32,000 nucleotides of DNA, from assembly GCA_934660865.1 (NCBI GenBank), contig CAKUIA010000001.1, positions 90,001-122,000 on the forward strand, written 5' to 3'. Under the pieces are notes generated by a model. The model searched no databases. It had not been told where the DNA came from and saw nothing but the letters and a program-made list of their open reading frames with translations. This stretch comes from an uncultured Opitutales bacterium (GTDB lineage Bacteria; Verrucomicrobiota; Verrucomicrobiia; Opitutales; Intestinicryptomonadaceae). Within the stretch, counting starts at the first letter, position 1. Each line of letters opens with the position of its first letter. The translations under genes were made by a program, and so were the position numbers. Positions 14,486-23,963 of this stretch are shown here, in pieces.

Positions 14486-15997
14486 CTATTTTTTTGCGCC
14501 AACCGTGCGCTGAAACTGCGCCGCCTGCTGGCGGTTGTAGCGTTTCGAAAGCAGCAATTCGCCCGAAGTGCCGAACTGCCTAAAAAGCCCCACTTTGGTG
14601 TAGGAGGCCATAAGCCCCAAAAAATCGCCGCCTTTGGTAAACACCAAGTCGCCGCTAGAGGGGGTAAAATTGCCCAAAATCGCCGAAAAAAGCCCTACGT
14701 CGGCGGCGGCCAAATTCTGGTCTTTAACGTCTACATTATAGGGAAATTCGCCGTAGTAGAATTTTTTTGCGTCTATTACAACCGCCTGCGAAAACTTAAA
14801 GGGCTGACCGGAAATGTCGTAAACTTTAATTTTAGTTTTTTCTATAAAGCTTTTCGGGAGAGCCACAGCCATAACGCCCGCATGCGTCTTTACCCTAAAG
14901 ATAGACGCCGCGCCGAATTTAAAGCCGTTTGCCGAAACCGTAAGCGACATTGTTTCGGGGGGTATGAAATCGTGCGGATTTGCGTCGAAAAGCGTGTTTG
15001 CAACGCCTATCAAAGCCCAGTAGTTGCCGTTTGCCGAAATTGCCACCGCCTTTGTGGTATCCGAATATTTTATTTCGCCGAAAAGGCCTTTTCGCGTATA
15101 GTCTAAAGTTAAAGACACGACGTTTTTGCGCGCCTCTTCAAAAATTTCGCTTGCGGTAAGCGGGCGAATGTCCTTTACGTCTTGCGCCAATTTTTCGTTT
15201 TTTGCGGCAAGCTCGCCGACGCCTTCGGCGAGTTTTTCGGCGTGCTGCTGAATGCGCTGCTTTTCGGACTTTTCGGCCTGCACCATGGCCTCGGCCTTTT
15301 TAAGATTTTGCTCGTATATTTGCGATTTTACCGAGGCAACCTCGAGCCTTGCCGACAGCGCGCGTTTTTCAAGCTCTATTGCCCTGTTTTCGTTTTTAAG
15401 GCGTTCGCTTTCGCCCTTAAGTTTTTCCAAATGCGCCTTGTTGCTTTCAAGCTCGCCCTGCACCGATTGAAGCCTTGCCTTAAGGGTGCTGTCGCTTTTG
15501 TGCAAATCGCTAAGCTGCGCCTGAAGCTGTGCCCTGTCTTGCGAAGTTTTTTTAAGCTTTTCCATAGCTCCCGAAATTTCGCTTTGCAAAGCCATATTTT
15601 TTTCGTCGCCAAGCTTTACTTTTGCCTCCAAGTCGCGGCTTTTCCTTACAATCTGCTCCATTTCGGTTTGCAGCTCGCGCTTGCTTTTTTCCAAAGCGGC
15701 CAATTCGGCCTCGCGCTGGGCAATAAGCTTTTTTTGGCGCTCGCTAAGCTCGGCGTTTTTTTCGGCCTTTTCGGAAAAGCTGCTTACTTGTTTTGAAAGC
15801 TCGCCCCGCTGTTCGCGCTCTTTATCCAGGCTCATTTTAAGCAGGTCTACCAGTTGCGAATCCACAAAATTTTGCCCCAGCGACTGCGCCGTTTGCTGCG
15901 CGTCGTCGGTTTTTGTTTCGGCGCCCTCAAAGCTTACCATGCTAAGCATGCTAAGCAAAAGAAAGTCGCAAATTACAACCAATAAAGACCTGCTCAT
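14486..15997 (-). CDS. Membrane-anchored coiled-coil protein (503 aa), function unknown
   Basis: N-terminal TM segment (LLVVICDFLLLSMLSMV). About 250 aa of heptad-like E/K/Q/L-rich sequence. The C-terminal about 200 aa looks like a beta-rich globular region. Confidence 0.65.
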   Translation of the reverse strand: MSRSLLVVICDFLLLSMLSMVSFEGAETKTDDAQQTAQSLGQNFVDSQLVDLLKMSLDKEREQRGELSKQVSSFSEKAEKNAELSERQKKLIAQREAELAALEKSKRELQTEMEQIVRKSRDLEAKVKLGDEKNMALQSEISGAMEKLKKTSQDRAQLQAQLSDLHKSDSTLKARLQSVQGELESNKAHLEKLKGESERLKNENRAIELEKRALSARLEVASVKSQIYEQNLKKAEAMVQAEKSEKQRIQQHAEKLAEGVGELAAKNEKLAQDVKDIRPLTASEIFEEARKNVVSLTLDYTRKGLFGEIKYSDTTKAVAISANGNYWALIGVANTLFDANPHDFIPPETMSLTVSANGFKFGAASIFRVKTHAGVMAVALPKSFIEKTKIKVYDISGQPFKFSQAVVIDAKKFYYGEFPYNVDVKDQNLAAADVGLFSAILGNFTPSSGDLVFTKGGDFLGLMASYTKVGLFRQFGTSGELLLSKRYNRQQAAQFQRTVGAKK

Positions 15998-16007
15998 ACA
16001 ACAAAGC

Positions 16008-16913
16008 CTATTGAAAATCGCCTATTTCGGCAACGGGTTTTACCTTGTATTCGCGGTTTATGCGCTTTGCCATACCCGTTAGCACTCCGCCGGGGCCGCA
16101 TTCGAAAAACTGCTCTACGCCCATTTTTGCGGCGTTGTTCATACAGTCGTTCCAGCGCACTGTCATTACAACCTGTTTTACCAAAGCCTGCTTTATGGCA
16201 ACGGGGTCCGAAATTCTTTCGCCCGTAGTGTTCGTAAACACCGCAATTTTTGGGGTTTTAAACTCTATGTTTTCAAGATACTTTTCGAAGCGCGCGCGCG
16301 CGGGCTCCATAAGCTTGCTATGGTAGGCCCCCGCAACCTTTAGGGGAACTGCCATTTTAAACGTTTTTTCGGCGGCAACTTTTGCCAAAAGCTCTTTAAT
16401 TTTGTCGGCCGCACCCGAAACTACAATTTGCCCCGGGCAGTTTAGGTTTGAAATTTCAACGTCGAATTCGCCGCAATATTGCCGGGCAAGCTCCAACGAA
16501 CCGCCTATCAGGGCCGCCATTGCGCCTTTCGAAGCCTCGCAAGCCTCCTGCATAAGGCGGCCGCGTTCGGCAACAATCTTTAAGCCCGTTTCAAAGTCGT
16601 AGGTTTCGGCCAGAGCATGGGCGGTAAGCTCGCCAAGCGACTGCCCCAAAGCGCAAAGCAAATCGCCCAACATACCCTTTTGTCTTAAAACTTCGGCCGC
16701 GGCGATGCCGTGCAAATACAAGGCAGGCTGGCAAATGCTTGTTTTTGTAAGCTCTTGTATTGGGCCTTCAAAGCACAATTCGGAAATCTTAAAACCGAGT
16801 GCGCTGTCGGCTCTTTCGAAAAGCTCTTTTACCGCTGCGTTGTTTTCGTACAAGCTTTTGGCCATACCAACGCACTGCGCGCCCTGCCCCGAAAATAATA
16901 TACCTGTTTTCAT
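16008..16913 (-). CDS. fabD: Malonyl-CoA:ACP transacylase
   Basis: FSGQGAQ near the N-terminus, active-site GQSLGE, the typical 301-aa length and a ..GPG..L.G.. C-terminal region. Confidence 0.92.
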   Translation of the reverse strand: MKTGILFSGQGAQCVGMAKSLYENNAAVKELFERADSALGFKISELCFEGPIQELTKTSICQPALYLHGIAAAEVLRQKGMLGDLLCALGQSLGELTAHALAETYDFETGLKIVAERGRLMQEACEASKGAMAALIGGSLELARQYCGEFDVEISNLNCPGQIVVSGAADKIKELLAKVAAEKTFKMAVPLKVAGAYHSKLMEPARARFEKYLENIEFKTPKIAVFTNTTGERISDPVAIKQALVKQVVMTVRWNDCMNNAAKMGVEQFFECGPGGVLTGMAKRINREYKVKPVAEIGDFQ

Positions 16914-17513
16914 TTACATTCCTTTTGTTTTAGAAATTTTCAAGATTATGTCTTTTGCCATATCGTTTACCAAAGCAGACAGCGCCGAAACGTAGCTTTG
17001 GTAGGAATCGCCGCAGTCGGCCGAAGCGTCGAACACGCCCGAAGCTAAAACCGCGCCGTTTGCGCCGAACAAAGACCAGTTTGATTTTATCGCAACTTTG
17101 CCGCCCAATTTGCCGCCAAGCTCGAATATGGATATTTTTATGCTATGTTGCGAATTTGGGTAGCTTTCGTACGAATATGCCGAAATTTTGCCGTTTTTGG
17201 AAAACGCCGCGCGCAGGTCGGAATATACGGTTCTTAATACGCCGTCGGAAAGCGGTTCGCCCCAGCGGTTTTCGTCGGAAATAACAAGCTCGCCGTTGTC
17301 GGCAAAGCTTACAATTTGCGAACGCATTGCATACGATGGCAGCGATATGCCCAACAAGTGCGCAGTAAGCTGGGTTTTGCTTTGCGCTATGTCGGTTGCG
17401 GGCGTCAATACATAGAATGTCGTAGGGTCTTCCTTAGGCTCTAAAAAGCTTGAAATGCACCCGCTTAAGCATAGGGCAGCTATTGCAAAAAATGCCGTTG
17501 TAAAAATTTTCAT
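16914..17513 (-). CDS. ABC-transport auxiliary lipoprotein (PqiC/DUF330-like)
   Basis: Lipobox LSGC after a signal peptide. About 200 aa. Lies immediately after an MCE-domain gene, as is typical for this family. Confidence 0.7.
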   Translation of the reverse strand: MKIFTTAFFAIAALCLSGCISSFLEPKEDPTTFYVLTPATDIAQSKTQLTAHLLGISLPSYAMRSQIVSFADNGELVISDENRWGEPLSDGVLRTVYSDLRAAFSKNGKISAYSYESYPNSQHSIKISIFELGGKLGGKVAIKSNWSLFGANGAVLASGVFDASADCGDSYQSYVSALSALVNDMAKDIILKISKTKGM

Positions 17514-17525
17514 ATCAGTAGTCCT

Positions 17526-18542
17526 CTATTTGTTTTTCTTTGAGCCTTTGCCCGTTATAATCGAGTTGGGGTTGCGCTCTATGTAGTCTAAAAGTTCGGC
17601 CGCCGAGCTTGACGCTTTGCCCATATTTATAAGCAAGTTCGACAGCTCGTACCTAAAGGGCGAATTGGGCGCTAAAAAGCCGTTTAATGTTGCCATTAAA
17701 GCGTTTGCGCTTTCGAAACTCTGTTTGCCGTCTTTGGTAAATTCGGTAAGGCTTGTGTTTGCCTGAACAATGAACGTGTTTATATTCTTTATGGTTTCCG
17801 ACAAATCCTGCAAAGACTTTCTTATGTTTTTGTCGCCCATAAGCGAATTTGCGCTAAGCACCATTTTGTCGGCGTCGCTTAAAAGCGTGTTGGCGTTGGC
17901 GTTAAGGGCTTTTGCGTCTATTTCGTCCAGCTTGGTGTTAAGCTTTATTAGCATGGAATTTAAATTCGAGCCAATTTGGTCGAGATTCATATTCACGATA
18001 TCGTCGGCTATAAGCGAAAATTTTTGGCTAAACTCGGCAATGCCGCTAGACTGCACCGAGGGCATTTCCTTATACTCGCTACCGTCGTAATAATAGTTTA
18101 TGTTGTCGCCGCGCTTGGCAAAATAGTCGAGCTCTACATAAAGCATGCCGGTTACCACGCTTTGGTAGGCAAGCTTTGCCCTAAGGCCGTCTTGTATTGC
18201 GCCGGAAAGGCTTTCGCTTACGTTCAAAATTTTGCCGTGTTTAATTTCGGCCATTTTGGCGACTTCTTCCGACGACAGCACCGAAAACGTTACAATAATT
18301 CGCGCTTTTTTTGCGTCGCTTGCCGAGCTTATCAAAATGTTGTCGACCTTTCCCACGCGCACGCCCTTGTATTTTACGGGCGCGCCAATATCCAAACCGT
18401 TTACCGTTTCGGAAAAGTAGCAAATATACTTGTCGGTTTTTACAAAATACCTGCCCGCACCGAACACGATTATTGCAAAAAGCGCAAGCATTGCAGCGCC
18501 CACAACAAATATGCCTATCGCCAAGGGATTAGCTTTTTTCAT
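17526..18542 (-). CDS. mlaD: MCE/MlaD-family substrate-binding protein (338 aa)
   Basis: N-terminal TM helix. MCE core GLDIGAPVKYKGVRVGKVDNI. Long helical C-terminal extension. The start overlaps the MlaF stop (ATGA). Confidence 0.85.
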   Translation of the reverse strand: MKKANPLAIGIFVVGAAMLALFAIIVFGAGRYFVKTDKYICYFSETVNGLDIGAPVKYKGVRVGKVDNILISSASDAKKARIIVTFSVLSSEEVAKMAEIKHGKILNVSESLSGAIQDGLRAKLAYQSVVTGMLYVELDYFAKRGDNINYYYDGSEYKEMPSVQSSGIAEFSQKFSLIADDIVNMNLDQIGSNLNSMLIKLNTKLDEIDAKALNANANTLLSDADKMVLSANSLMGDKNIRKSLQDLSETIKNINTFIVQANTSLTEFTKDGKQSFESANALMATLNGFLAPNSPFRYELSNLLINMGKASSSAAELLDYIERNPNSIITGKGSKKNK

Positions 18543-19309
18543 TTTTTACCTTCTATGTTGTTTAAAGGGTCTATGCCCCTGTTCAAGAATATTCTTACGT
18601 CTGCAAAGTCCGACTTTAGCAGCTCTTTGGGCGCGCCAAGCGCACCCTGAGTTTTGGTTTTTGCGTCTAAAAACACTGAGTTGTCGGCAATGGCAAAAAT
18701 GCTTGCCAATTCGTGTGTTACAACAACTATTGTAGAGCCTACCGTGTCGCGGAGCTCCAAAATAAGCTCGTCTAGCCTGCGCGAGCTTATGGGGTCTAGC
18801 CCCGCGCTGGGCTCGTCGAAAAAGAGAACGTCGGGGTCAAGCGCCATTGCCCTTGCCAAACCCGCGCGCTTTGCCATGCCGCCGCTTATTTGCGACGGGT
18901 AAAAGGCGCCGAAGCCCGAAAGCCCGACTAGCGAAAGCTTTAGCTTTACAACTTCGTCTATGTCGGCCTGGCTTAGTTTTGTAAAGCGCTTTAATGGCAG
19001 CGCAATATTTTCGGAAAGCGTCATCGACGACCACAGCGCCCCGCCCTGGTACAAAACGCCGAAATGCCTTAGCATTTCCTTTTTCTTGTCGGGGTTTGCC
19101 GCCGTAAAGTTTTCGCCGTTGTACGAAATAGAGCCTTTTGCGGGGTTGTACAAGCCTATCATATTCCTTAACAGCGTGCTTTTGCCGCAGCCGCTGCCGC
19201 CCATTATCACGAATATTTCGCCGCGCTTTACGGTGAAATTAAGGTTTTGCATTACAACGTAGTCGCCGTAGGCAAGGGTCAGGTTTTCGACTTTAATTTC
19301 GGCGCTCAT
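18539..19309 (-). CDS. mlaF: MlaF-type ABC transporter ATP-binding protein
   Basis: Walker A GGSGCGKST, signature ISGGMAKRAGLARA and Walker B LFFDEPSAGLDP. ATGA overlaps with both neighbouring genes. Confidence 0.9.
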   Translation of the reverse strand: MSAEIKVENLTLAYGDYVVMQNLNFTVKRGEIFVIMGGSGCGKSTLLRNMIGLYNPAKGSISYNGENFTAANPDKKKEMLRHFGVLYQGGALWSSMTLSENIALPLKRFTKLSQADIDEVVKLKLSLVGLSGFGAFYPSQISGGMAKRAGLARAMALDPDVLFFDEPSAGLDPISSRRLDELILELRDTVGSTIVVVTHELASIFAIADNSVFLDAKTKTQGALGAPKELLKSDFADVRIFLNRGIDPLNNIEGKK

Positions 19310-20454
19310 ATATCGAAAATATTAAATAGCACGGCAAAAACCGCGTCGGCTACAATTATGAATGTTATGCTTGTTACAACGCTTGCAGTGGTGCACAAGC
19401 CCACCGCCGACGAGCTGTTGCCGCATTTCATACCGCGCATACAGCCTACAACGGCAACTATTATGCCGAATATAAAGCTTTTGCCCACGCCCGTAAGGCA
19501 CTGGGTTAGGTCCAAAGCCGTGGCGGTTCGGTTTAAATACTGCACCGCGTTTAAATCGAAAAGCCCGAATCCTATCAGCGCCCCGCCCAATATGCCGATA
19601 AAATCGGCAAAAACCGTAAGCAGCGGGAACATTAAAACAAGGGCTATCATTCTCGGCATAACAAGGTATTCCATTGGCGAAATGCCGAAAGTTTGAAAGG
19701 CCGAGATTTCCTCGTTTACCTTCATCGTTCCAAGCTCGGCGGCAAAAGCCGCCCCGGTGCGCCCCGCCATTACAATGCCAACCATTATAACGCCCATTTC
19801 GCGCACCATTGCCAAGCCGACTAAGTCGGCCACAAAAATTTCGGAACCGTATTTCGACAACTGCACGCCGCCTACAAAAGCCAAAATAAGCCCCACCAAA
19901 AAGCTTATCAACGCCACAATGGGCAAGGCTTCCGCGCCCGCCCTTTGCACTATAAGCATAAAGTCGTCTTTGCTAAAGCCAATGCGCCCCTTAAGCATTT
20001 TCGCCAAACATATGGCAACTTCGCCCAAAAACTCCACCTGCTCTTTTATGTTAAGTATGGTGTCGGTTGTATGGTTGCCTATGTGCCTTAAAATGTTTTT
20101 GTCTTTGCGCAGCTTTTTCTCCTCGCTGGCCTTCGGCGACGAAACCGCCAACCCCACAAGTTTTTTTAACGAGGCGGGCAGCGCCGATATGTCGAAATCT
20201 ATGCTCTTTTGGGCGCACTTTTCGGCGCAAGCCAAAAGGAATGCCGAAAGAGAAGTGTCGTAGTCCAAAATTTTGCCGCAGTCTACCGACAGGTGCGTTA
20301 TGCCGTTTAGCATTTCGCCTATTTCGTCCGACGAAGTCCTTTTTTCGGCAAAAACCCAACTGCCCGAAATGCGCAAAACACCACCGTCGCCCGATTTTTC
20401 GACAACGGCATACGCTGTGGTGTTTGTTTTGGTATCTTCGCCGATTTTTTGCAT
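19306..20454 (-). CDS. mlaE: MlaE-family ABC permease with an N-terminal STAS-like extension
   Basis: The C-terminal about 260 aa is a polytopic MlaE-like permease (..EMGVIMVGIVMAGRTGAAFAAELGTMKVNEEISAF..). The N-terminal about 110 aa resembles a STAS/MlaB-like domain (VLRISGSW...LDYDTSLSAFLL). I prefer the ATG at 20454 (MQKIGED) over the tracked start at 20475. Confidence 0.85.
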   Translation of the reverse strand: MQKIGEDTKTNTTAYAVVEKSGDGGVLRISGSWVFAEKRTSSDEIGEMLNGITHLSVDCGKILDYDTSLSAFLLACAEKCAQKSIDFDISALPASLKKLVGLAVSSPKASEEKKLRKDKNILRHIGNHTTDTILNIKEQVEFLGEVAICLAKMLKGRIGFSKDDFMLIVQRAGAEALPIVALISFLVGLILAFVGGVQLSKYGSEIFVADLVGLAMVREMGVIMVGIVMAGRTGAAFAAELGTMKVNEEISAFQTFGISPMEYLVMPRMIALVLMFPLLTVFADFIGILGGALIGFGLFDLNAVQYLNRTATALDLTQCLTGVGKSFIFGIIVAVVGCMRGMKCGNSSSAVGLCTTASVVTSITFIIVADAVFAVLFNIFDI

Positions 20455-20530
20455 ACGTCGCCTATGATTGCACAATTACACAATCAAATAAAGCTTTTTT
20501 TAGCGCATCTGGCATGTGCAAAAAAACAAA

Positions 20531-20558
20531 AAAGCCGATTTCAATAAATCGGCTTTTT
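20531..20558 (-). terminator. Bidirectional intrinsic terminator hairpin
   Basis: Perfect 11-bp stem aaagccgattt (20531-20541) / aaatcggcttt (20546-20556) with a 4-nt loop. An A-run lies on one side and a T-run on the other. It sits 22 nt downstream of the stop of the 20580-21314 gene. Confidence 0.7.
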
Positions 20559-20579
20559 CGGATTGCGTAAAAACCAAAA

Positions 20580-21314
20580 TTAGTATCTGTCGGAATCGTC
20601 GTCGTAGTGCATTCCCATATCGCGGCCGTAGTCGTCGCGTTCGGAATCGTCGTCTTCGTCGTCCCAGTGCATGGTGTCGTCCTGCTCTATGTATTCGTCG
20701 TCGGGCAGGTCTTCTATTTCGTCGTACTCGTCTTCGTCGGAATCGTCGTCGTCATCGTCGGAGTCGTCGTCTTCCAAGGAATAGCCGTCGGGCACATATT
20801 CCAAAATGTCCATAATTTCGTAGAAGGCGTGTATAGCCTTGCCCTCCATATAGTCGGAATTGTAGTGCTCCCTTACTTCGTCTTCAAGGTCTTCAATGGT
20901 AAGGTCTTCCTCGAAATGGAAGGTGTCGTTTAGCATCTTAACCTGAAGCGAAGTTATGTGGTTTAAGAACTCCGCATAGTGGCTTTTTTCGTCGTCCAAA
21001 GTGTTGGGGAACAAAAATACCTGCTCGGTCGGATCCATAACCGACTCGTTTGTCAGCACCAATTTCACGCCCTTGTCGCCGTCTTTCGAGTCTATCGAAA
21101 ATGTGTAGAACGCATTTTCCACAATGTTTTCGTCCAATCCGTAATCTTTAATGGACTGCAAAGCCTCCACCATGTGTGCCGCCTGCCGCGGGTCTAAAAC
21201 GCTAATGCCGTCGTAATCCCAGTTGACTTTGTCGCTGGTTTCGTAAACCCACCAGTTGTTGTCTTTGCCTACGCGGGCTTTGCACCATTTTAACTTGTTT
21301 GTCTGATTTGCCAT
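20580..21314 (-). CDS. Hypothetical protein with an extreme polyacidic C-terminal tail (244 aa from the ATG at 21314)
   Basis: An N-terminal about 180-aa globular-looking region (MANQTNKLKWCKARVGKDNNWWVYE...) is followed by about 65 aa that are almost entirely D/E (..EDDDSDDDDDDSDEDEYDEIEDLPDDEYIEQDD..DDEDDDSERDD..DDDSDRY). The tracked start at 21335 is a non-ATG codon. Confidence 0.6.
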   Translation of the reverse strand: MANQTNKLKWCKARVGKDNNWWVYETSDKVNWDYDGISVLDPRQAAHMVEALQSIKDYGLDENIVENAFYTFSIDSKDGDKGVKLVLTNESVMDPTEQVFLFPNTLDDEKSHYAEFLNHITSLQVKMLNDTFHFEEDLTIEDLEDEVREHYNSDYMEGKAIHAFYEIMDILEYVPDGYSLEDDDSDDDDDDSDEDEYDEIEDLPDDEYIEQDDTMHWDDEDDDSERDDYGRDMGMHYDDDSDRY

Positions 21315-21535
21315 AAACGAGCCTAATTTTAACACTTGTACAAACTCTTCAAGCTTTTTTTATCGGAAATAAAATTTTTCTTTCAATTTTTTTATAAATC
21401 GAATAAGGTTCGGATAAAAATAAGCTGTGTATTTTGCAAAACTTGGCATCGGCATAAAAAGGCCGTTTTCAAATTTTGCAAAAAACCTGGAATATTTTAC
21501 CTTTCAACAAAAACAAAATACATAAAAACACTACT

Positions 21536-23947
21536 ATGAAAAACAAACTGTATACGATGGGCATTGCGCTATTGTCGCTTTTGGCGTTCGGCTGCACAAG
21601 CGGCACCGAAAGCGGTTCGCAATGCAATGCAAAAGAAGAAAGCCTTAGCCTAAACGGCAAGTGGTCGCTCTCGTATTGGAAACAAAGCCAAGACGCAGAA
21701 ACCCAGTGCCCCAAAGCCGTAAAGCCCGAAAAAACGATAAAGGCAACCGTTCCGGGCAACACGGCGCTGGACATGCAAAAGGCGGGCATTGTAGACGAGC
21801 TTGAATTCGGCATGAACGCCCACCAGCTAAGAAAGTTTGAAGGCTACGAATTTATGTACGAAAAATCCTTTAAAGCCCCCAAGCTTAAAGACGGGCAAAA
21901 GGCCGTTTTAAATTTCGAGGGTGTAGACTGCCTTGCAAAATATTTCCTTAACGGCGAAAAAATCGGCGAAAGCGACAACGCCTTTATAGCCCACTCTTTC
22001 GACGTAACAAAGCTTATAAAGCAAAACGGATATAACCACCTGCAGGTTATACTAAGCTCGCCCATGGTAAAAACGGGCAAGCATTTTACAACCGCGGCAA
22101 GCTCGGGCAACGATGTTTGGAAGGAACTAAACAACGGCATACGCCGCCCCGCCCACTCGTACGGCTGGGATATTCTGCCCAGAATAATCTGCACGGGGCT
22201 TTGGAGGGACGTATCGCTGCAGATACAAAATCCCGTAAGGATAAAGGACGTTTTTGTTATGGTTAAAAACGTAAACTTGGGCAACAAAACCGCCCAGGTT
22301 ATGGTAGACACCCAAATAAGCGCGCCTTTCGACGAAATCGACAACCTTACAAGGCGCGTAAGCGTTTCGGTAGACGGCAAATGCGTGCACCAGCTTTCGA
22401 TGGCGCAGGAAACCTACTCTATGCGCGACGAATTTACAATCGGCAACGCAAAATTCTGGTGGCCGCGCGGCTACGGCGACCAAACATTGTACAACTTTAA
22501 AGTGGAGCTTCTCGACAAAAGCGGAAAAGTTGTAGCCCAAAAAGAGGTAAACACGGGCTTAAGAACAATAGACCTGGTTTGCCAACCCGTGGAAAAGACG
22601 AAGAAAAACGGCGAATTCCGCTTTAAGGTAAACGGCCGCGACATTTACATTAAGGGCACAAACTGGGTTCCCGTAGATTCCATGCACAGCCGCGACCGCC
22701 AGCTTATAAAGCCCGTGCTCGACATGCTTGTAGACACAAACTGCAATATGGTTCGCTGCTGGGGCGGCAATGTTTACGAATGCGACGAGTTTTTCGACTT
22801 TTGCGACAAGAACGGCATTTTGATTTGGCAGGACTTTGCAATGGGCTGCTCTATGACACCCCAAAACGACGAATTTGCAAAGGCCATAGAAAAAGAGGCC
22901 AAGGCCATTGTTATAAGGTTGCGCAACCACCCGAGCTTGGCTCTTTGGTCGGGCAACAACGAAAACGATATGTTCATAAATTGGTCGCGCTTTAACGACC
23001 CGAATTCGGACAGGATAAGCCGCACGGTTTTGCCCCGCGTGATATTCGACTTCGACCCCTTCAGGCCCTACCTGCCCAGCTCGCCCTACTACAGCCCCGA
23101 AGTGTTTAAAGACCGCAAAAACTTTGCGCCCTCCGAAACGCACCTTTGGGGAGGCGCCCAGTATATGGAAGCGCCCTTCTACACAAACAGTTTGGCGCAC
23201 TTTGTAAGCGAAATAGGCTACCACGGCTGCCCGAATATGGAAACCCTCAAAAAAATGTTCGGCGACAAAACGTATCCTTGGGGCAAAAACGATTTTGAAT
23301 GGAACGACTTTTGGCAGTTTAAGGTTGTGCAGCCTTTGCCCACTTCTAAGGCCTTTTCGCACCGCAATAAAATGATGCACAAAGAATTCAACATCTTCTT
23401 CGGCGACAAAACGCCCAGAGACCTGCAAACTTTTGTGGACGGCTCGCAAATTGTGCAGGCCGAAAGCCTAAAGCGTTTTGTAGAGCTTTGGCGCAGCGAA
23501 AGACCGTACCGCACGGGCATTCTTTGGTGGAATATGCGCGACGGCTGGCCGGTAATTTCCGACGCGGTTGTAGACTACTACAACTCGAAGAAATTGGCCT
23601 ACCACTATCTTAAACGCTCGCAGCAAGACCAGCTGGTTCTTATAAACCGCTTTAACGAGCTGCTTGCCGTAAACGATTCGTTTGCCGACAAAAAAGGCAG
23701 GGCAAAAGTAAGCGACGTTGAAAGCGGCAAGGTTTTGTACGAGGGCGAATTTACAATACCCGCCAACGGCAGAGCCGTTTTAATGGCAAACCTGCCCAAG
23801 CCCGAAGCCAAAGAGGGCATTATTCTTATAGAATATACAATAGACGGCCAGCCGAAAAAGCTTAACCACTTTTTATACGGCAAGCCTCCCTTTAGCCTCG
23901 AAAAATATATGGAAAATATGAAGGCTCTTAAAATTGACAGGCAATAA
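21536..23947 (+). CDS. GH2-family beta-mannosidase-like glycoside hydrolase, probable lipoprotein
   Basis: Signal/lipobox-like MKNKLYTMGIALLSLLAFGC. GH2 beta-mannosidase-type motifs are present: WWPRGYGDQTLY, NMVRCWGGNVYE, GILIWQDFAM, the acid/base region HPSLALWSGNNE and the nucleophile region VSEIGYHG. I prefer the ATG at 21536 over the tracked 21476. Confidence 0.85.
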   Translation: MKNKLYTMGIALLSLLAFGCTSGTESGSQCNAKEESLSLNGKWSLSYWKQSQDAETQCPKAVKPEKTIKATVPGNTALDMQKAGIVDELEFGMNAHQLRKFEGYEFMYEKSFKAPKLKDGQKAVLNFEGVDCLAKYFLNGEKIGESDNAFIAHSFDVTKLIKQNGYNHLQVILSSPMVKTGKHFTTAASSGNDVWKELNNGIRRPAHSYGWDILPRIICTGLWRDVSLQIQNPVRIKDVFVMVKNVNLGNKTAQVMVDTQISAPFDEIDNLTRRVSVSVDGKCVHQLSMAQETYSMRDEFTIGNAKFWWPRGYGDQTLYNFKVELLDKSGKVVAQKEVNTGLRTIDLVCQPVEKTKKNGEFRFKVNGRDIYIKGTNWVPVDSMHSRDRQLIKPVLDMLVDTNCNMVRCWGGNVYECDEFFDFCDKNGILIWQDFAMGCSMTPQNDEFAKAIEKEAKAIVIRLRNHPSLALWSGNNENDMFINWSRFNDPNSDRISRTVLPRVIFDFDPFRPYLPSSPYYSPEVFKDRKNFAPSETHLWGGAQYMEAPFYTNSLAHFVSEIGYHGCPNMETLKKMFGDKTYPWGKNDFEWNDFWQFKVVQPLPTSKAFSHRNKMMHKEFNIFFGDKTPRDLQTFVDGSQIVQAESLKRFVELWRSERPYRTGILWWNMRDGWPVISDAVVDYYNSKKLAYHYLKRSQQDQLVLINRFNELLAVNDSFADKKGRAKVSDVESGKVLYEGEFTIPANGRAVLMANLPKPEAKEGIILIEYTIDGQPKKLNHFLYGKPPFSLEKYMENMKALKIDRQ

Positions 23948-23963
23948 AAAAAAGTCCATAAAG

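Noticed and set aside
14474-15796. Long plus-strand ORFs 14474-15106 (210 aa) and 15182-15796 (204 aa)
   Set aside because: They are antisense to the coiled-coil gene. The biased E/K/Q/L codons of coiled coils generate long open antisense frames, and the translations are F/L/K/A-rich junk.
17976-18650. 224-aa plus-strand ORF across the mlaD/mlaF junction
   Set aside because: It is antisense to two well-supported, translationally coupled genes, and has no motifs.
22559-23449. 296-aa minus-strand ORF, and other antisense ORFs, within the GH2 gene
   Set aside because: It is antisense to a motif-rich GH2 CDS, and the translation is V/A/F/R-rich with no features.
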